64,000 nt of DNA from assembly GCF_964204645.1 (NCBI RefSeq), contig NC_134035.1:3720001-3784000 (forward strand), read 5' to 3'. Below the pieces are notes generated by a model, which was not told the DNA's origin, did no database searches, and saw only the letters and a program-made list of their open reading frames with translations. The translations under genes were made by a program, and so were the position numbers. This stretch comes from Tubulanus polymorphus (lineage: Eukaryota; Animalia; Nemertea). Position 1 is the first letter of the stretch, and each line of letters starts with the position of its first letter. Of this stretch, positions 37,101 through 48,609 are shown one piece after another.

Positions 37101-39177
37101 CTCTACCTGGAGAGAAGTGATATTAATATTATTACCCCTAGACTATATCTGTAACTGTGTATCAGTCATCTCTACCTGGAGAGAAGTGATATTGATATTA
37201 TCACCACTAGTCTATATCTGTTACTGTGTATCAGTCATCTCTCCCTAGAGAGAAGTGATATTGGTATTATAACCCCTAGCCTATATCTGTAACTGTGTAT
37301 CAGTCATCTCTACCTGGAGAGAAGTGATATTAATATTATTACCCCTAGACTATATCTGTAACTGTGTATCAGTCATCTCTACCTGGAGAGAAGTGATATT
37401 GATATTATCACCACTAGTCTATATCTGTTACTGTGTATCAGTCATCTCTCCCTAGAGAGAAGTGATATTGGTATTATAACCCCTAGCCTATATCTGTAAC
37501 TGTATATCAGTCATCTCTACCTAGAGAGAAGTGAGATTGGTATTATCACCCCTAGCCTATATCTGTTACTGTGTATCAGTCATCTCTCCTTGGAGAGAAG
37601 TGACATTGGTATTATGACCCCTAGCCTTTATCTGTAACTGTATATCAGTCATCTCTACCTGGAGGGAAGTGATATTGGTATCATTACCCCTAGCCTATAT
37701 CTGTTACTGTGTATCAGTCATCTCTCCTTGGAGAGAAGTGACATTGGTATTATGACCCCTAGCCTTTATCTGTAACTGTGTATCAGTCATCTCTACCTGG
37801 AGAGAAGTGATATTGGTATTATCACCCCTAGCCTATATCTGTAACTGTGTATCAGTCATCTCTCCCTAGAGAGAAGTGAGATTGGTATTATCACCCCTAG
37901 CCTATATCTGTTACTGTGTATCAGTCATCTCTCCTTGGAGAGAAGTGACATTGGTATTATGACCCCTAGCCTTTATCTGTAACTGTATATCAGTCATCTC
38001 TACCTGGAGGGAAGTGATATTGGTATCATTACCCCTAGCCTATATCTGTAACTGTATATCAGTCATCTCTACCTGGAGAGAAGTGATATTGGTATTATAA
38101 CCCCTAGCCTATATCTGTTACTGTGTATCAGTCATCTCTCTCTGCTGAGAAGTGATATTGGTATTATCACCCCTAGCCTATATCTGTAACTGTGTATCAG
38201 TCATCTCTACCTGGAGAGAAGTGATATTGGTATTATCACCCCTAGCCTATATCTGTTACTGTGTATCAGTCATCTCTACCTGGAGAGAAGTGATATTGGT
38301 ATCATTACCCCTTGCCTATATCTGTTACTGTGTATCAGTCATCTCTCCCTAGAGAGAAGTGAGATTGGTATTGTCACCCCTAGCCTATATCTGTAACTGT
38401 ATATCAGTCATCTCTCCCTAGAGAGAAGTGATATTGTAATTATCACCCCTAGCCTTTATCTGTAACTGTGTATCAGTCATCTCTCCCTAGAGAGAAGTGA
38501 CATTGGTATTATCACCCCTAGCCTATATCTGTTACTGTATATCAGTCATCTCTCTCTGCTGAGAAGTGAGATTGGTATTATTACCCCTAGCCTATATCTG
38601 TAACTGTATATCAGTCATCTCTCTCTGCTGAGAAGTGAGATTGGTATTATTACCCCTAGCCTATATCTGTAACTATATATCAGTCATCTCTCCTTGGAGA
38701 GAAGTGACATTGGTATTATGACCCCTAGCCTTTATCTGTAACTGTATATCAGTCATCTCTACCTGGAGAGAAGTGACATTGGTATTATGACCCCTAGCCT
38801 TTATCTGTAACTGTATATCAGTCATCTCTACCTGGAGGGAAGTGATATTGGTATCATTACTTCTAGCCTATATTTGTAACTGTGTATCAGTCATCTCTAC
38901 CTGGAGAGAAGTGATATTGGTATCATAACCTCTAGCCTATATCTGTAACTGTGTATCAGTCATCTCTACCTGGAGAGAAGTGATATTGGTATTATTACCC
39001 CTAGCCTATATCTGTAACTGTGTATCAGACATCTCTCCGTAGAGAGAAGTGATATTGGTATTATCCCCCCTAGCCTATATCTGTAACTGTGTATCAGTCA
39101 TCTCTACCTGGAGAGAAGTGATATTGGTATCATTACCTCTAGCCTATATCTGTAACTGTGTATCAGTCATCTCTACC
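34164..39177. repeat. 69-bp intronic minisatellite, ~73 copies, with local higher-order structure
   Basis: Unit ccctagcctatatctgtaactgtgtatcagtcatctctacctggagagaagtgatattggtattatcac; 23-aa periodic pseudo-ORFs confirm the period. Confidence 0.99.
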
Positions 39178-39465
39178 ACATAAATTTCGACATTCAGCGC
39201 TCGCCATGTTAGGGTGCCCTTCGTAATTATTTATGTACCCTTTGTGATTACTTATGTGCCCTTCAGTACCCTTGTCCCCCCTCTAAAAATCTTGGCTCCA
39301 CCCTTCCAGGTCTTTGAAAGTTAGAGAATTTCAGCTCTTTTCGCCCGAATAAGTGAAATCACAGAATTTTTGGTGTAATGATATTATCATATTTTCTGGT
39401 CTTGATTGAGTATCTTTCTCTTGGCTATGACGATCTTCTGGCATGAGTTGAACTTTCCTAGTCAT

Positions 39466-39598
39466 CTGGGGCCAGTTGCTCAAAAGTTGGTTAAAGATAA
39501 CCAGCGGATAAATACCATAGCAACAATGAACTCTTAATTGTCACTATGTCAACTATCCACTGCTTAACTGTAACCATTTTTTGAGCAACTGGCCCCAG
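39466..39598. mobile_element. PIF/Harbinger-like palindromic MITE (related short MITEs at about 1655, 1964, 3081, 39880, 41278, 41420, 44115, 45208, 47186, 47787, 48153)
   Basis: TIR ctggggccagttgctcaaaa…ttttgagcaactggccccag; GGGCCnGTT-type ends in CWG context recur in several ~110-130 bp families. Confidence 0.7.
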
Positions 39599-39676
39599 GG
39601 ATGTCGTGGAATTCGGAAGAAAGGTCATGGAAATCGGTTAGCGCAGGAGTTTTATTATGTTCGTATTTCTTTATAG

Positions 39677-39775
39677 ATGATGCAAATGAATCAACAACCG
39701 GGACAACAACAACAACAACAACAAGGGAACGCGCAATTTACTCAACAACAAGGCGGAATCCCACAACAGAATCAG
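39677..39775 (+). CDS. MED25: Q-rich exon of the MED25 copy
   Basis: ttatag|ATG…CAG|gtgcg, 99 nt, phase 0-0, MMQMNQQPGQQQQQQQGNAQFTQQQGGIPQQNQ. Confidence 0.75.
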
Positions 39776-40173
39776 GTGCGTAATAGCGCTTCCACTAATC
39801 CGTTGCAAATCCATCATGTAGACGGGTTTTATCATAGTCATCAGTAACAAAAATAAAAGAAAAATGTATTTCTATAAACCTGGGGCTAGTTGCCGAAAAG
39901 TGGGTTATAGTTAACCAGTAGATAGTTGACAATGTTACAATTGAAATTGCGTCGTTACTACGGAATTTACCCGCCGATTATCTCTAAGCAACTTTTGAGC
40001 ACCTGACCTCTGGCAATTAAAAAGTACAAAACGAAACCCAAAGGAGGTATACAGTAGTAAAGTCCTTAATAACTGTTGGAAACAATGTAAGACATGGTGT
40101 TATAAAACATTTGGCAGCATTATGAGAAATAATACTTTCTGGTGGACTGATATTATTCTCAGTTTAGAGTTTA

Positions 40174-40222
40174 ACTACTGCTGATGATGGGGTTTAGAAG
40201 AAACCTCAAAACTGTCACATAA
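40174..40222 (+). ncRNA. Degenerate type-I minimal hammerhead-ribozyme-like motif (probable Penelope pLTR remnant)
   Basis: tactg-CTGATGA-tggggttt-agaag-aaacctc-AAAAC-tGTC: CUGAUGA core and pairable stem II, but GAAA reads AAAA and stem I is decayed. Confidence 0.45.
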
Positions 40223-40434
40223 CAAAACTTATCAACATCTACTGTTTTCACTTGTTAATAGTATTTCCATTGAATTTGAGTTACATCAAGCAATATTGTT
40301 CCCTGAAAAACATTGGCGTCAATTGAGCGGTGGCATTTAAAAGGATGCCAGCGTTATGACGGACTCTGCTTAAATGCCTAATTCCTTTGAAGAAACATCT
40401 ATAAATAATGAAATTCATGTTATTCTATTCGCAG

Positions 40435-40503
40435 CTGCCTAATGCCCCGAATATGGGCGCAACTAACGTTCCCCCGAATATGGTGAATCAACAGGCGCAA
40501 CAG
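40435..40503 (+). CDS. MED25: Q/P/N-rich exon of the MED25 copy
   Basis: ttcgcag|…CAG|gtaag, 69 nt, phase 0-0, LPNAPNMGATNVPPNMVNQQAQQ. Confidence 0.75.
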
Positions 40504-41986
40504 GTAAGCGAGCATCTTCAACTGACGTATTGATATAACTATTTTCGATCGACGATTGTGATTGCATTGATACGTATGTAGCTCATTTGGAGCAAGCTGC
40601 TTCGATGATATGAATTCCCACACACTAGGAATAAGCGAAGAGTCTGAAATGTTTGCTTGAGCTGATTATAATTTGAAGTTTCGACTGAATCCTGATGAAC
40701 CGGGCTTCGCTTGCCTTGACATCAGGGAATAGTCGGGGAATTTTGTAAAAAAAAAAAGGTTAAAAATCAGTCCACCCTGATAAATAGTCATCTTCAGGAA
40801 CACTAATGTTACCTTGGGCAAGTAGTACGTTCTATGTTTCGTCTATATCTTATTAGTCATCTTCAGAGGTGCTAGTGTTAAAACAAGATTATGAGATACA
40901 AACGCAATTCAAAGCATACTTTTACAAGTTTAAGCAGAGCACACTACGTAGGGGTTACTTCCGGAAATAGTCATGACATCGGATAAGCTACTAGCTCAAG
41001 GAAACATTCCAGACTCGGTGGGATTTTATATTATCATTTCGACACGGACTCGGAGTGTTTTATCAATGGTTACAGATCTGCTTTCACTTCACACCGCCGC
41101 TTGTATTACACGATAACCATAACTTGTCACTGATCGAGTGAGAGGGGCGTCATCCATTCATAGACATACTGTTAAAAAATACGTAAAGAGGATGTATTTT
41201 TGGTACCGTCTATAGCTAGGAGGGGCATGCAAATTCTAACACAGCGTATCATAGAAGTGTTGCCAGTGCAGACAACAGGAGCCGGTTGCATAGTTATGGC
41301 TTAGACTTTTAAGACCAGCTTAGTTCTATAGCCAATCTAACAACTAAAGATCAATCTTAAGGTTTAGGACCACTTTTGGACTTTAGCCACGACTTTGCAA
41401 CCGGCCCAAGATGATTATCTGGAGCTGGTTTTACAGACGCGTATTACCTTTAACCCGAGGGCTAACTCAATTCATTTTCAATTGCGTTAGCCCCAGGGTT
41501 AACGGTAATACCGGTCTATGAAACGGAACCCCGGGGATTTACAAACTTCGATGGTCCGTTTAATCAAAAGCTAAATGCCATTGATTTTTGGGAGTTTAAT
41601 AGTTGACGAACCAATAAATTCGCTTCAGTTTTTACCGTAGAATATTCCGATCATAACTCCAAGTATAGCAACTCGTCAAGCTTCCGTTCAAAGAGTTTCG
41701 CATTTATTTCGACTAGTATGTAGCCCGGTTGGTAAACTCGTCGCAACTCAGCGAAACGAGAAACATTCTTTCCATTGTCTGTACGGAGATCGTCCGGAGT
41801 GTATGATAGGGGAGCGAACTAGCAAAATCTGTTTCTTGTTTCGATGTTGTTCTCGCTGGGCACGCACGAGCTAGCCTTAACGTCTGGAGATTTGATGCCT
41901 GCCCCTCCTCGATGGATGACCCCCCTCGTCTCTCGCGATACTAACATATTTCTGCTCGCCGCAAATGATCGCGTTCTATTCAACAG

Positions 41987-42016
41987 GATCTAGTCGACTG
42001 GTCTCTCGATGAACAG
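41987..42016 (+). CDS. Candidate 30-nt microexon A (DLVDWSLDEQ)
   Basis: TACTAAC branch consensus at 41939-41945, ttcaacag acceptor, CAG|gtttgt donor, phase 0-0; similar to 44306-44341. Confidence 0.55.
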
Positions 42017-44305
42017 GTTTGTTGCGTTCTCGTCGATATGAATATTATATTAACTAACCGTTTCAATGTTGGTTCTTTGTTTTTTTTTCTTTGATTTTTG
42101 TATTTTCCATATTTCATGTACTCGTGTAAAATGTATGGTTAGGGAGGGGCCTGTTCGTAAAGTACAATATGCGCTATTTCTATAATAAGCATTCTGGAGG
42201 CCTACATTGAGAGAAGTAGCCAATTTTGATGACCAGGCTGCTAATTCAAGCATTATCTAAACGGGGAGAAGTAGCCAATTTTTCAAGGTCCTATACTTCT
42301 GGGCTGATTTTCAGTTTTCTTCTTTGAAAATGGGTTTAAGTAGAATTGATAAAGTTCTTGATAGATTCTAGGATTTTTGGATGTTTTGATAACTTTTCGG
42401 TCCCATCATTCTAACCTCTACAGGAAGATGTGGCCCGTCTAAAACAATCCTCCCACCTTTCCTCCATTTATATGTAAATATACTTTATGAATGGCTCCTT
42501 TATGTTTTGTATATGATTACGCATATTTTATTGAATTTTTTGTATTGTTCGTGTCTATCAAATGTTTTCCGACTTGATCTTCCACTCTTAACCATAGCAG
42601 TGTCATCATCGTCAACGCGACCTGACGCGACATGTAGCTGAGATTACGTAGGCGTAGATTAAACTGATCCGAATAAAGCAAGTTTGTTTGTAGTTGTCGT
42701 TGAAGGATTAACTGAATTTGGATTCTTCTACAACAGTTACATCTTGTAGATTCTAGTTAACGGTAGACTTCTTTTCTAACTCTGAATGAATTCATGACAT
42801 ACCAGCGCATCCAAAAAGCCTTTATGATGTCCAAAAAGCAATATAAGGCACACTACCGCATTGAGATGCACCACTTTTCCTTGCTGACAAAATGGAAAAA
42901 GGGCACTCAAGAAAAAATTTGTTGGACTTGCACAAGTCTCACAAGGCTCCCCCTGGATCTGCACATGAATTCGATGTTAAAAGGACGAGTCTACCGTTTA
43001 CGCTTTGCTTGGGGTTTGCTTTAATCTAGAAGAACCCAGCGATGTTTACGATAAATGTTCTCCCCAAACGTCCTCCCAGGATGTTATATAAAACTGTGTT
43101 ATCCAAATATTGTTCGTTCAGTGTTCATCCTAACAATATTGACTCCTTCCTTCCTTTAAGGCTGAAAAATGATACCTTCTTTCTCCTAATCGGCTTGGTC
43201 ATTTTGTAGACTGCAGTAAAATTTGTCATCAGTTCATTTCTATAACTGCCAGGTCTTAGCTTGTTCGTAATTTTGAGAAAAAGTAATGTACAAGGTAGAT
43301 AGGCGGCCGCGGCAACTTAATAAGCTCGGCAGAAAAGAGAAACAAGGTATCAAATGTTTTTAGTCTCAATGATAAAGCATTTTCTTCAAAGGATGAACAC
43401 AATCTGAAACAAGACGTCTTAATGTATTCATCAGTTTCCATCAAAGTTTCAATTCAATTGAAGAATGTAAGCCACAACAAGATAGAACTATTAGAGCATT
43501 TTGACCTTTTGAAGTGTAATGAGCCATCTTCAAATTTCGTTGGTATTCTTTCTGTTTTTGAAAACGGCTCATAGCATTCGAGTTGAAATGTCAAGATCTT
43601 CTTACAGTTTTTCTTTGATTGAGGGTTTTAGTCTTAGTAGAATTTATATGTGTATTTTTACGGCGGAACTTCGTTTCTACGATCTTCACGGGATTGCTCG
43701 GCAAAATCTGCTGCTCCTTATTGTCAATAGTTCATCATGAAATTGTATAATGATACAATATGAAATTTCTCATCCAATTCAAAAGTCATGTTCGGTCTGT
43801 TGTGTTTAAGACAGTGTTACAGGGTGGCACCACTACCTACCTGGAAAAACTAAAAAACCTCATGAGAATCAGAAAATAATGAGAAAAACTCTTACAAAGA
43901 CAACTTCGAAAACCTAAAGAATCATGAAATTTGGATAATACTATTGACTAAGGGTTTCTTAATCGGTATGTGATTCAAAGAAAAAAAAGAATGAATTGTT
44001 ACATTTTAACCTAGAAATTCACGCGGGGAATTTTGTACTTGGGGATGAATTTGGGAATTTAGAATTTGTGAATCTGCAGGGACCATGTCCTAAAAATGTC
44101 AGGCCTGTAGCGTCCTGGATCCAGTTCCACAGTCGTGAGTTACGATTTGACTCTGAGTTAAAACATTGAAAATGAACTGATTTTAACACAGAGTTAACTC
44201 TAACTCACAACTGGGTCCTGGGATTTAACGTAAACGAGGTTGCGCCATTGATCGAATGTTTAAACATCGATGAAATGCATGCGTCGTTTCTCTCACATTT
44301 TGCAG

Positions 44306-44341
44306 GATATTGTGAACTGGACGCAGACGATCGACGGCAAG
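44306..44341 (+). CDS. Candidate 36-nt microexon B (DIVNWTQTIDGK)
   Basis: Pyrimidine tract plus ttttgcag acceptor, AAG|gtttgt donor, phase 0-0, TGCATG at 44276-44281; similar to 41987-42016. Confidence 0.55.
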
Positions 44342-45828
44342 GTTTGTTTTTCGTGTCAGTTTTTTAGAGCGTCGACGTCGCGTAAATATCGGCAGCGTAG
44401 TCTGCAGTTTCACTCGAGAACATAGATCATAGATCATCGAATAAACTAGTTGAATGATTTAAATTCGTACCACCCAAATCGATTGGACTCTTGAGCCGAA
44501 CCTACAATCTGACTTGAATTTACCGTCGATTAGGTTTAGGTGAAACTGGAGACTGGAAGATTCCTCTGTTTTTATTGAGGCTGGAAGAAAAATCGATACC
44601 TTGTTTCTCATTTCTGCTGAGCTTAGAAGTTGACACGGCGGTCGCCTACCCTCCTGTTCATAACTTTTAATCAAGTTAACTATAACAGACCAGCAGCTAT
44701 AGAATTAAGCTGATTACAAATTTTATTGCAGTTTACTAAATGACCTGCCCTATCAGGAGAAACAAGATATCATTCTTTTAGTCCAATGCCGGATGCAGGA
44801 ACTTCTGTGCAAGATTTTGCGCATTGACCAACTTTCTCATTAGAAATAATTAAATAATTCGATATTTTTTTCATTCCAGTTATTTTTTCCTGTGCTGTCC
44901 TCTCGACCCTTGTACAGTTTTTTATACGACTCTTTAACTACTACAGTTTTTCTCTTGCTGTTGATTTTTTTTTCGTTATTCGTTTAGAAAATTCCCTTGC
45001 GTTATTTTCTCTTGCTGATTACCTTAGAAAACCACTTCCGTATTTTCGTGTATAGCGTGTCCATTCAGAAATGTACGTCGCGGCAAAATTTTTTCGCGAA
45101 ACAAATGAAATTCCTCAAGTTCTCGGAAGCTGGTTTTATAGACTGGGCATCATTCGGTTGCAGGTGATCCTTGAGTAATTTGGTTTGAATTTGGTTCTCA
45201 TACTTTAAGGGCCGGTTTTATAGACGGGTATTACCTTTAACGCTGGGGCTAATTCGATTGAAAATGCATTGAGTTAGCCCCGGGGTTAAAGGCAATACCA
45301 GTCTATAAAACCAGCCCTAGAAAATTAAGACCAGTTTTTAGATTAGAGGCCACTACTCGACTTAATCTGTCAATGCGTTACCAGGACTAAGCTTCCCGGT
45401 CAAATGCTTCAGATTCAAGACCAGTCTAAAACTTAAGACCAATCATCTGTTTTAGTGTTTTAGTCGCAATCGACTATACACCAACGCCTTGAAAGTTAGC
45501 TTTGTAAATGTGGTCAAATCATCTTGAATTAATCATCATCTTTAATCGTTATAAGCCCAGTCAATGAAACCGGCTTGAAGGGCAGCAGTAGACAGTAGAC
45601 CCTGCTTGACCATTAGATTCAGTTTCAGCCGACTCTGGGACCGTCGGAGCGTCGATTTGTCGATTTTGGAGCGGGGAATGTTTTGTCGCGATGATCGCGA
45701 GTCAATCGACGTAGCAAGCGTTGAGTCTACTGTTGTTGATATTGAAGAGAATTTCTGATTCGATCCAGCTGTACGGATGCGAAAAGACTTTGTTTTGGAT
45801 GCGTTAATTGTCGGGTTTTTGTTTTTAG

Positions 45829-45897
45829 ATCAATTCCTTGAACAGCGGTCAACTGCCGCCTCAGAATAGCGCCGGTATCGTGTCGATGGACGATCAG
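45829..45897 (+). CDS. MED25: Exon of the MED25 copy
   Basis: tttttag|…CAG|gtataa, 69 nt, phase 0-0, INSLNSGQLPPQNSAGIVSMDDQ. Confidence 0.7.
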
Positions 45898-47046
45898 GTA
45901 TAACAACGCAAGCTAAACAAATCCATTTCATTTTAGTTTATTTCATTCGTTATATATTCATTTAATAGCTTTAGCTTCATCTGCCTTATTCGCTAGCGTT
46001 GGGACTGCTGCGAATATCTCACCGAGTTGAGAATCAGGGAACTCAGTAGCGTTGCGACTGCCGTGAATATTTCACCGATTTTAGAATCGGGGAAATGGAA
46101 GGTTTTGCAAATTAATTCTGGTAAATTTCGTCGCACTTTGAGAGGAGTTTCACAATGAGATGACCGGTGCCGAGTTTGGAGGAGCAGTATCGTAATTTTG
46201 CTTGGCTTGCCGTTCAATCTTCATTTATATTTATTTCATTTTCGCTCTCGTATTTATGTATGTTATATTCTTTTTTCTTGTTTTTAGTTTATTATACGTA
46301 CAGTAAACTCAGCTTTATCCAGTTGCGTTCGAAATGGAAATATTTCACCCTGAGTTGTGAAACATTACGTGAATCCACAGTTTACGATTGAAGATTGACT
46401 CAATGAATACTGGGGCAGATCCAGGGGGTCGTGTGAGACACGAAAGTGCCCTTTTGGGATGTGACGAGTTCAAAATTGGTCTCTGGATTTCCTCTATGTA
46501 ATACGAATTTGGATCTATTATGAATGTCATTTATGGTCGACCTATAAATAAATTTGTGTACATGTACATCAAAGTGCCATTTTGGGATGTGGCAAGTTCC
46601 TCAAAACTGGCCCCTCAGTCGGGAGTTCACGTGATATTGCCTTTTTGGACAACTACCGGTACATGCCATTTTAGGATGTGACAAGTCCTTCAAAATCGGC
46701 TTCTGGATCCGCCCCTGGTAGTGAACTGCTGGTAATTAGAAATGAATTGATTGAATTGAATCAAACTTCGTCGGCAACCGTGGATTTTGCAGATTTTTTT
46801 CTCTAATTTGGCTTTTCATTCATCTAATGAATCAGATTAATACGTCGCTTTCAATATAATTCTGTTTGTCTGGTAGATAGTCGTACGGAATTGATGTCTT
46901 CATTTTAGCACGTGTCAATTTGAAATGACCGATAAACCGTCAGGTTTTTATGATGAGGCTGTATTTGACGAGCAATTATGGACCGGCGGTCGATCGTGAA
47001 ATATTCACGTCAAATTTTTGAAATACGTTTTATCATCTTTTTGTAG

Positions 47047-48609
47047 ATGAAAATGGAAATGTTGAAGCAACAAAAAGAAAGGCAACACATGGAAGCGGCC
47101 AGACAGCAACAGATGCTCGGTATGTGATAGTTAAAAGGCTTTTATGATCTCTGTGTGCAGGCTGGCCAATCATGTGGAAAACCAAGGGCCCGGTCTTATA
47201 GACAGATATTACCTTTAACCCGGGGGCTGACTCAATACATAATCAATTGAGTTAGCCCCCGGGTTAAAGGTAATACCAGTCTATGAAACCGGGCCCAGGG
47301 AATCTGAAAAATCTAGAAAAATCAGGGAGAACTCGGGGAATTTGGATGTGTTATTGACCACGCGTTTCTTTATCAATAAGTGAATCTGATGCTAACATTC
47401 TAGACCTAGAAATTTCTATGATTTACTCACATTACTTACTTACTTACTGGAAAATCAGGGAAAACTCGGGGAATTTGTTAATTAGTAGAAAGTGGCCACC
47501 CTGCCTGATGAAACATGGAAAATTAAACCTGGGCTTTGCGGAATCATTCGGACTAAAGAACGAAGATAAGTACTGACGATATGATAATACATATTTCGTA
47601 TTTTCATAATTTCATAATTTCTAGCGCGACAACAAATGATGCAGCAACAACAGAGAATGCAGTTTCCGCCGCAACAACAGCAGCAGCAGCAGCAGCAACA
47701 ACAACCACAGCAACAACAACAACAGCAACAGCCTCATTCGGCTCAACAGTTACGCCACATGCTGCAAGCAGTAAGTTCACACTTCACAGGCCAGTTGCTT
47801 AAAGTTAAAGATAATCAGTGGATAAACACCATAGCAACAATGGACTTTTGATTGTCAACTATCCACTGGTTAACTTAAACCAACTTTTGAGCAACTGGAT
47901 CCAGGGATTGAGCTCAAAACGGTTAATTATAAATGGTTGTCTTCATTGAAAAAACATTTTAGTTCAAACATTTGAGTTAGCCGTGAAGTTGGGCCCAGGA
48001 GTTTGAAGTAAACACTGGACAGTGCATAGTGACTATCAAAACTGTTTTGATACCACAGTATTTATCTGGGTCCAGTTGTACAGTTGCTGGTTTAGTTGAA
48101 GCTGTTTAAGTTAGAATCACAATGTCACAAGTCTTGTCACCAACAAACTCCAGGGGCCCGTTTTACAGACTGGTATTACCTTTAACCCCGGGGCTAACTT
48201 AATTAATTTTCAGTTTAGTTAGCCCTAGGTTTAAGGTAATATAGTCCAGGAGACCAGAAAATCTGTTAGTTATAACCAATAGTTCGTTGTATCTAGCATG
48301 AAATTATTAGATTGACCGATTCGGAACGTAGTTCTGTTTGTAACCAATAAATCTATATATCCTTGGCCGTTAGAATGAGATTCTACTGTAGTTTTTCAAT
48401 GCATTATTCTCTATTTTCAGCAACAAATGCGTCAACAACAGCAACAAATCATATTACAGCAGCAGCAACAGAGACAGAGGGCTCCGGTGCCGCAACCTCA
48501 GCAACAAACGCAACAACCATCGCAACAAATGCAGATGGCGACTGGACAAATGGGTGGGCAACAAATGCCGCAACAGTTGCTGCCCGATGACTTTGGTTTA
48601 GATTTCTAA
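47047..48609 (+). CDS. MED25: Last three exons of the MED25 copy (47047-47119, 47625-47770, 48421-48609)
   Basis: Paralogous to 918-2427 with intact splice sites and frame; one Gln shorter in the poly-Q tract. Confidence 0.75.

Larger units (their letters stand above)
33860..48609 (+). pseudogene. MED25: Truncated, internally deleted MED25 paralogue (exons 33860-33984, 34057-34155, 39677-39775, 40435-40503, [41987-42016], [44306-44341], 45829-45897, 47047-47119, 47625-47770, 48421-48609)
   Basis: VWA exons followed only by Q-rich exons. No N-terminal VVFVIEGTA-type exon, no rest of VWA and no ACID/PTOV domain seen. Exon 34057-34155 ends in phase 2 and exon 39677 starts in phase 0, giving TCC ATA TGA (stop). 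Confidence 0.7.

Noticed and set aside
34164-39177. Cys-rich 23-aa repeat protein ORFs
   Set aside because: Frequent in-frame stops; the array begins just inside a GT donor and is intronic satellite.
42300-43800. Possible decayed transposase or extra MED25 exons
   Set aside because: No continuous frame or recognisable motif on either strand by eye; needs a translated search.
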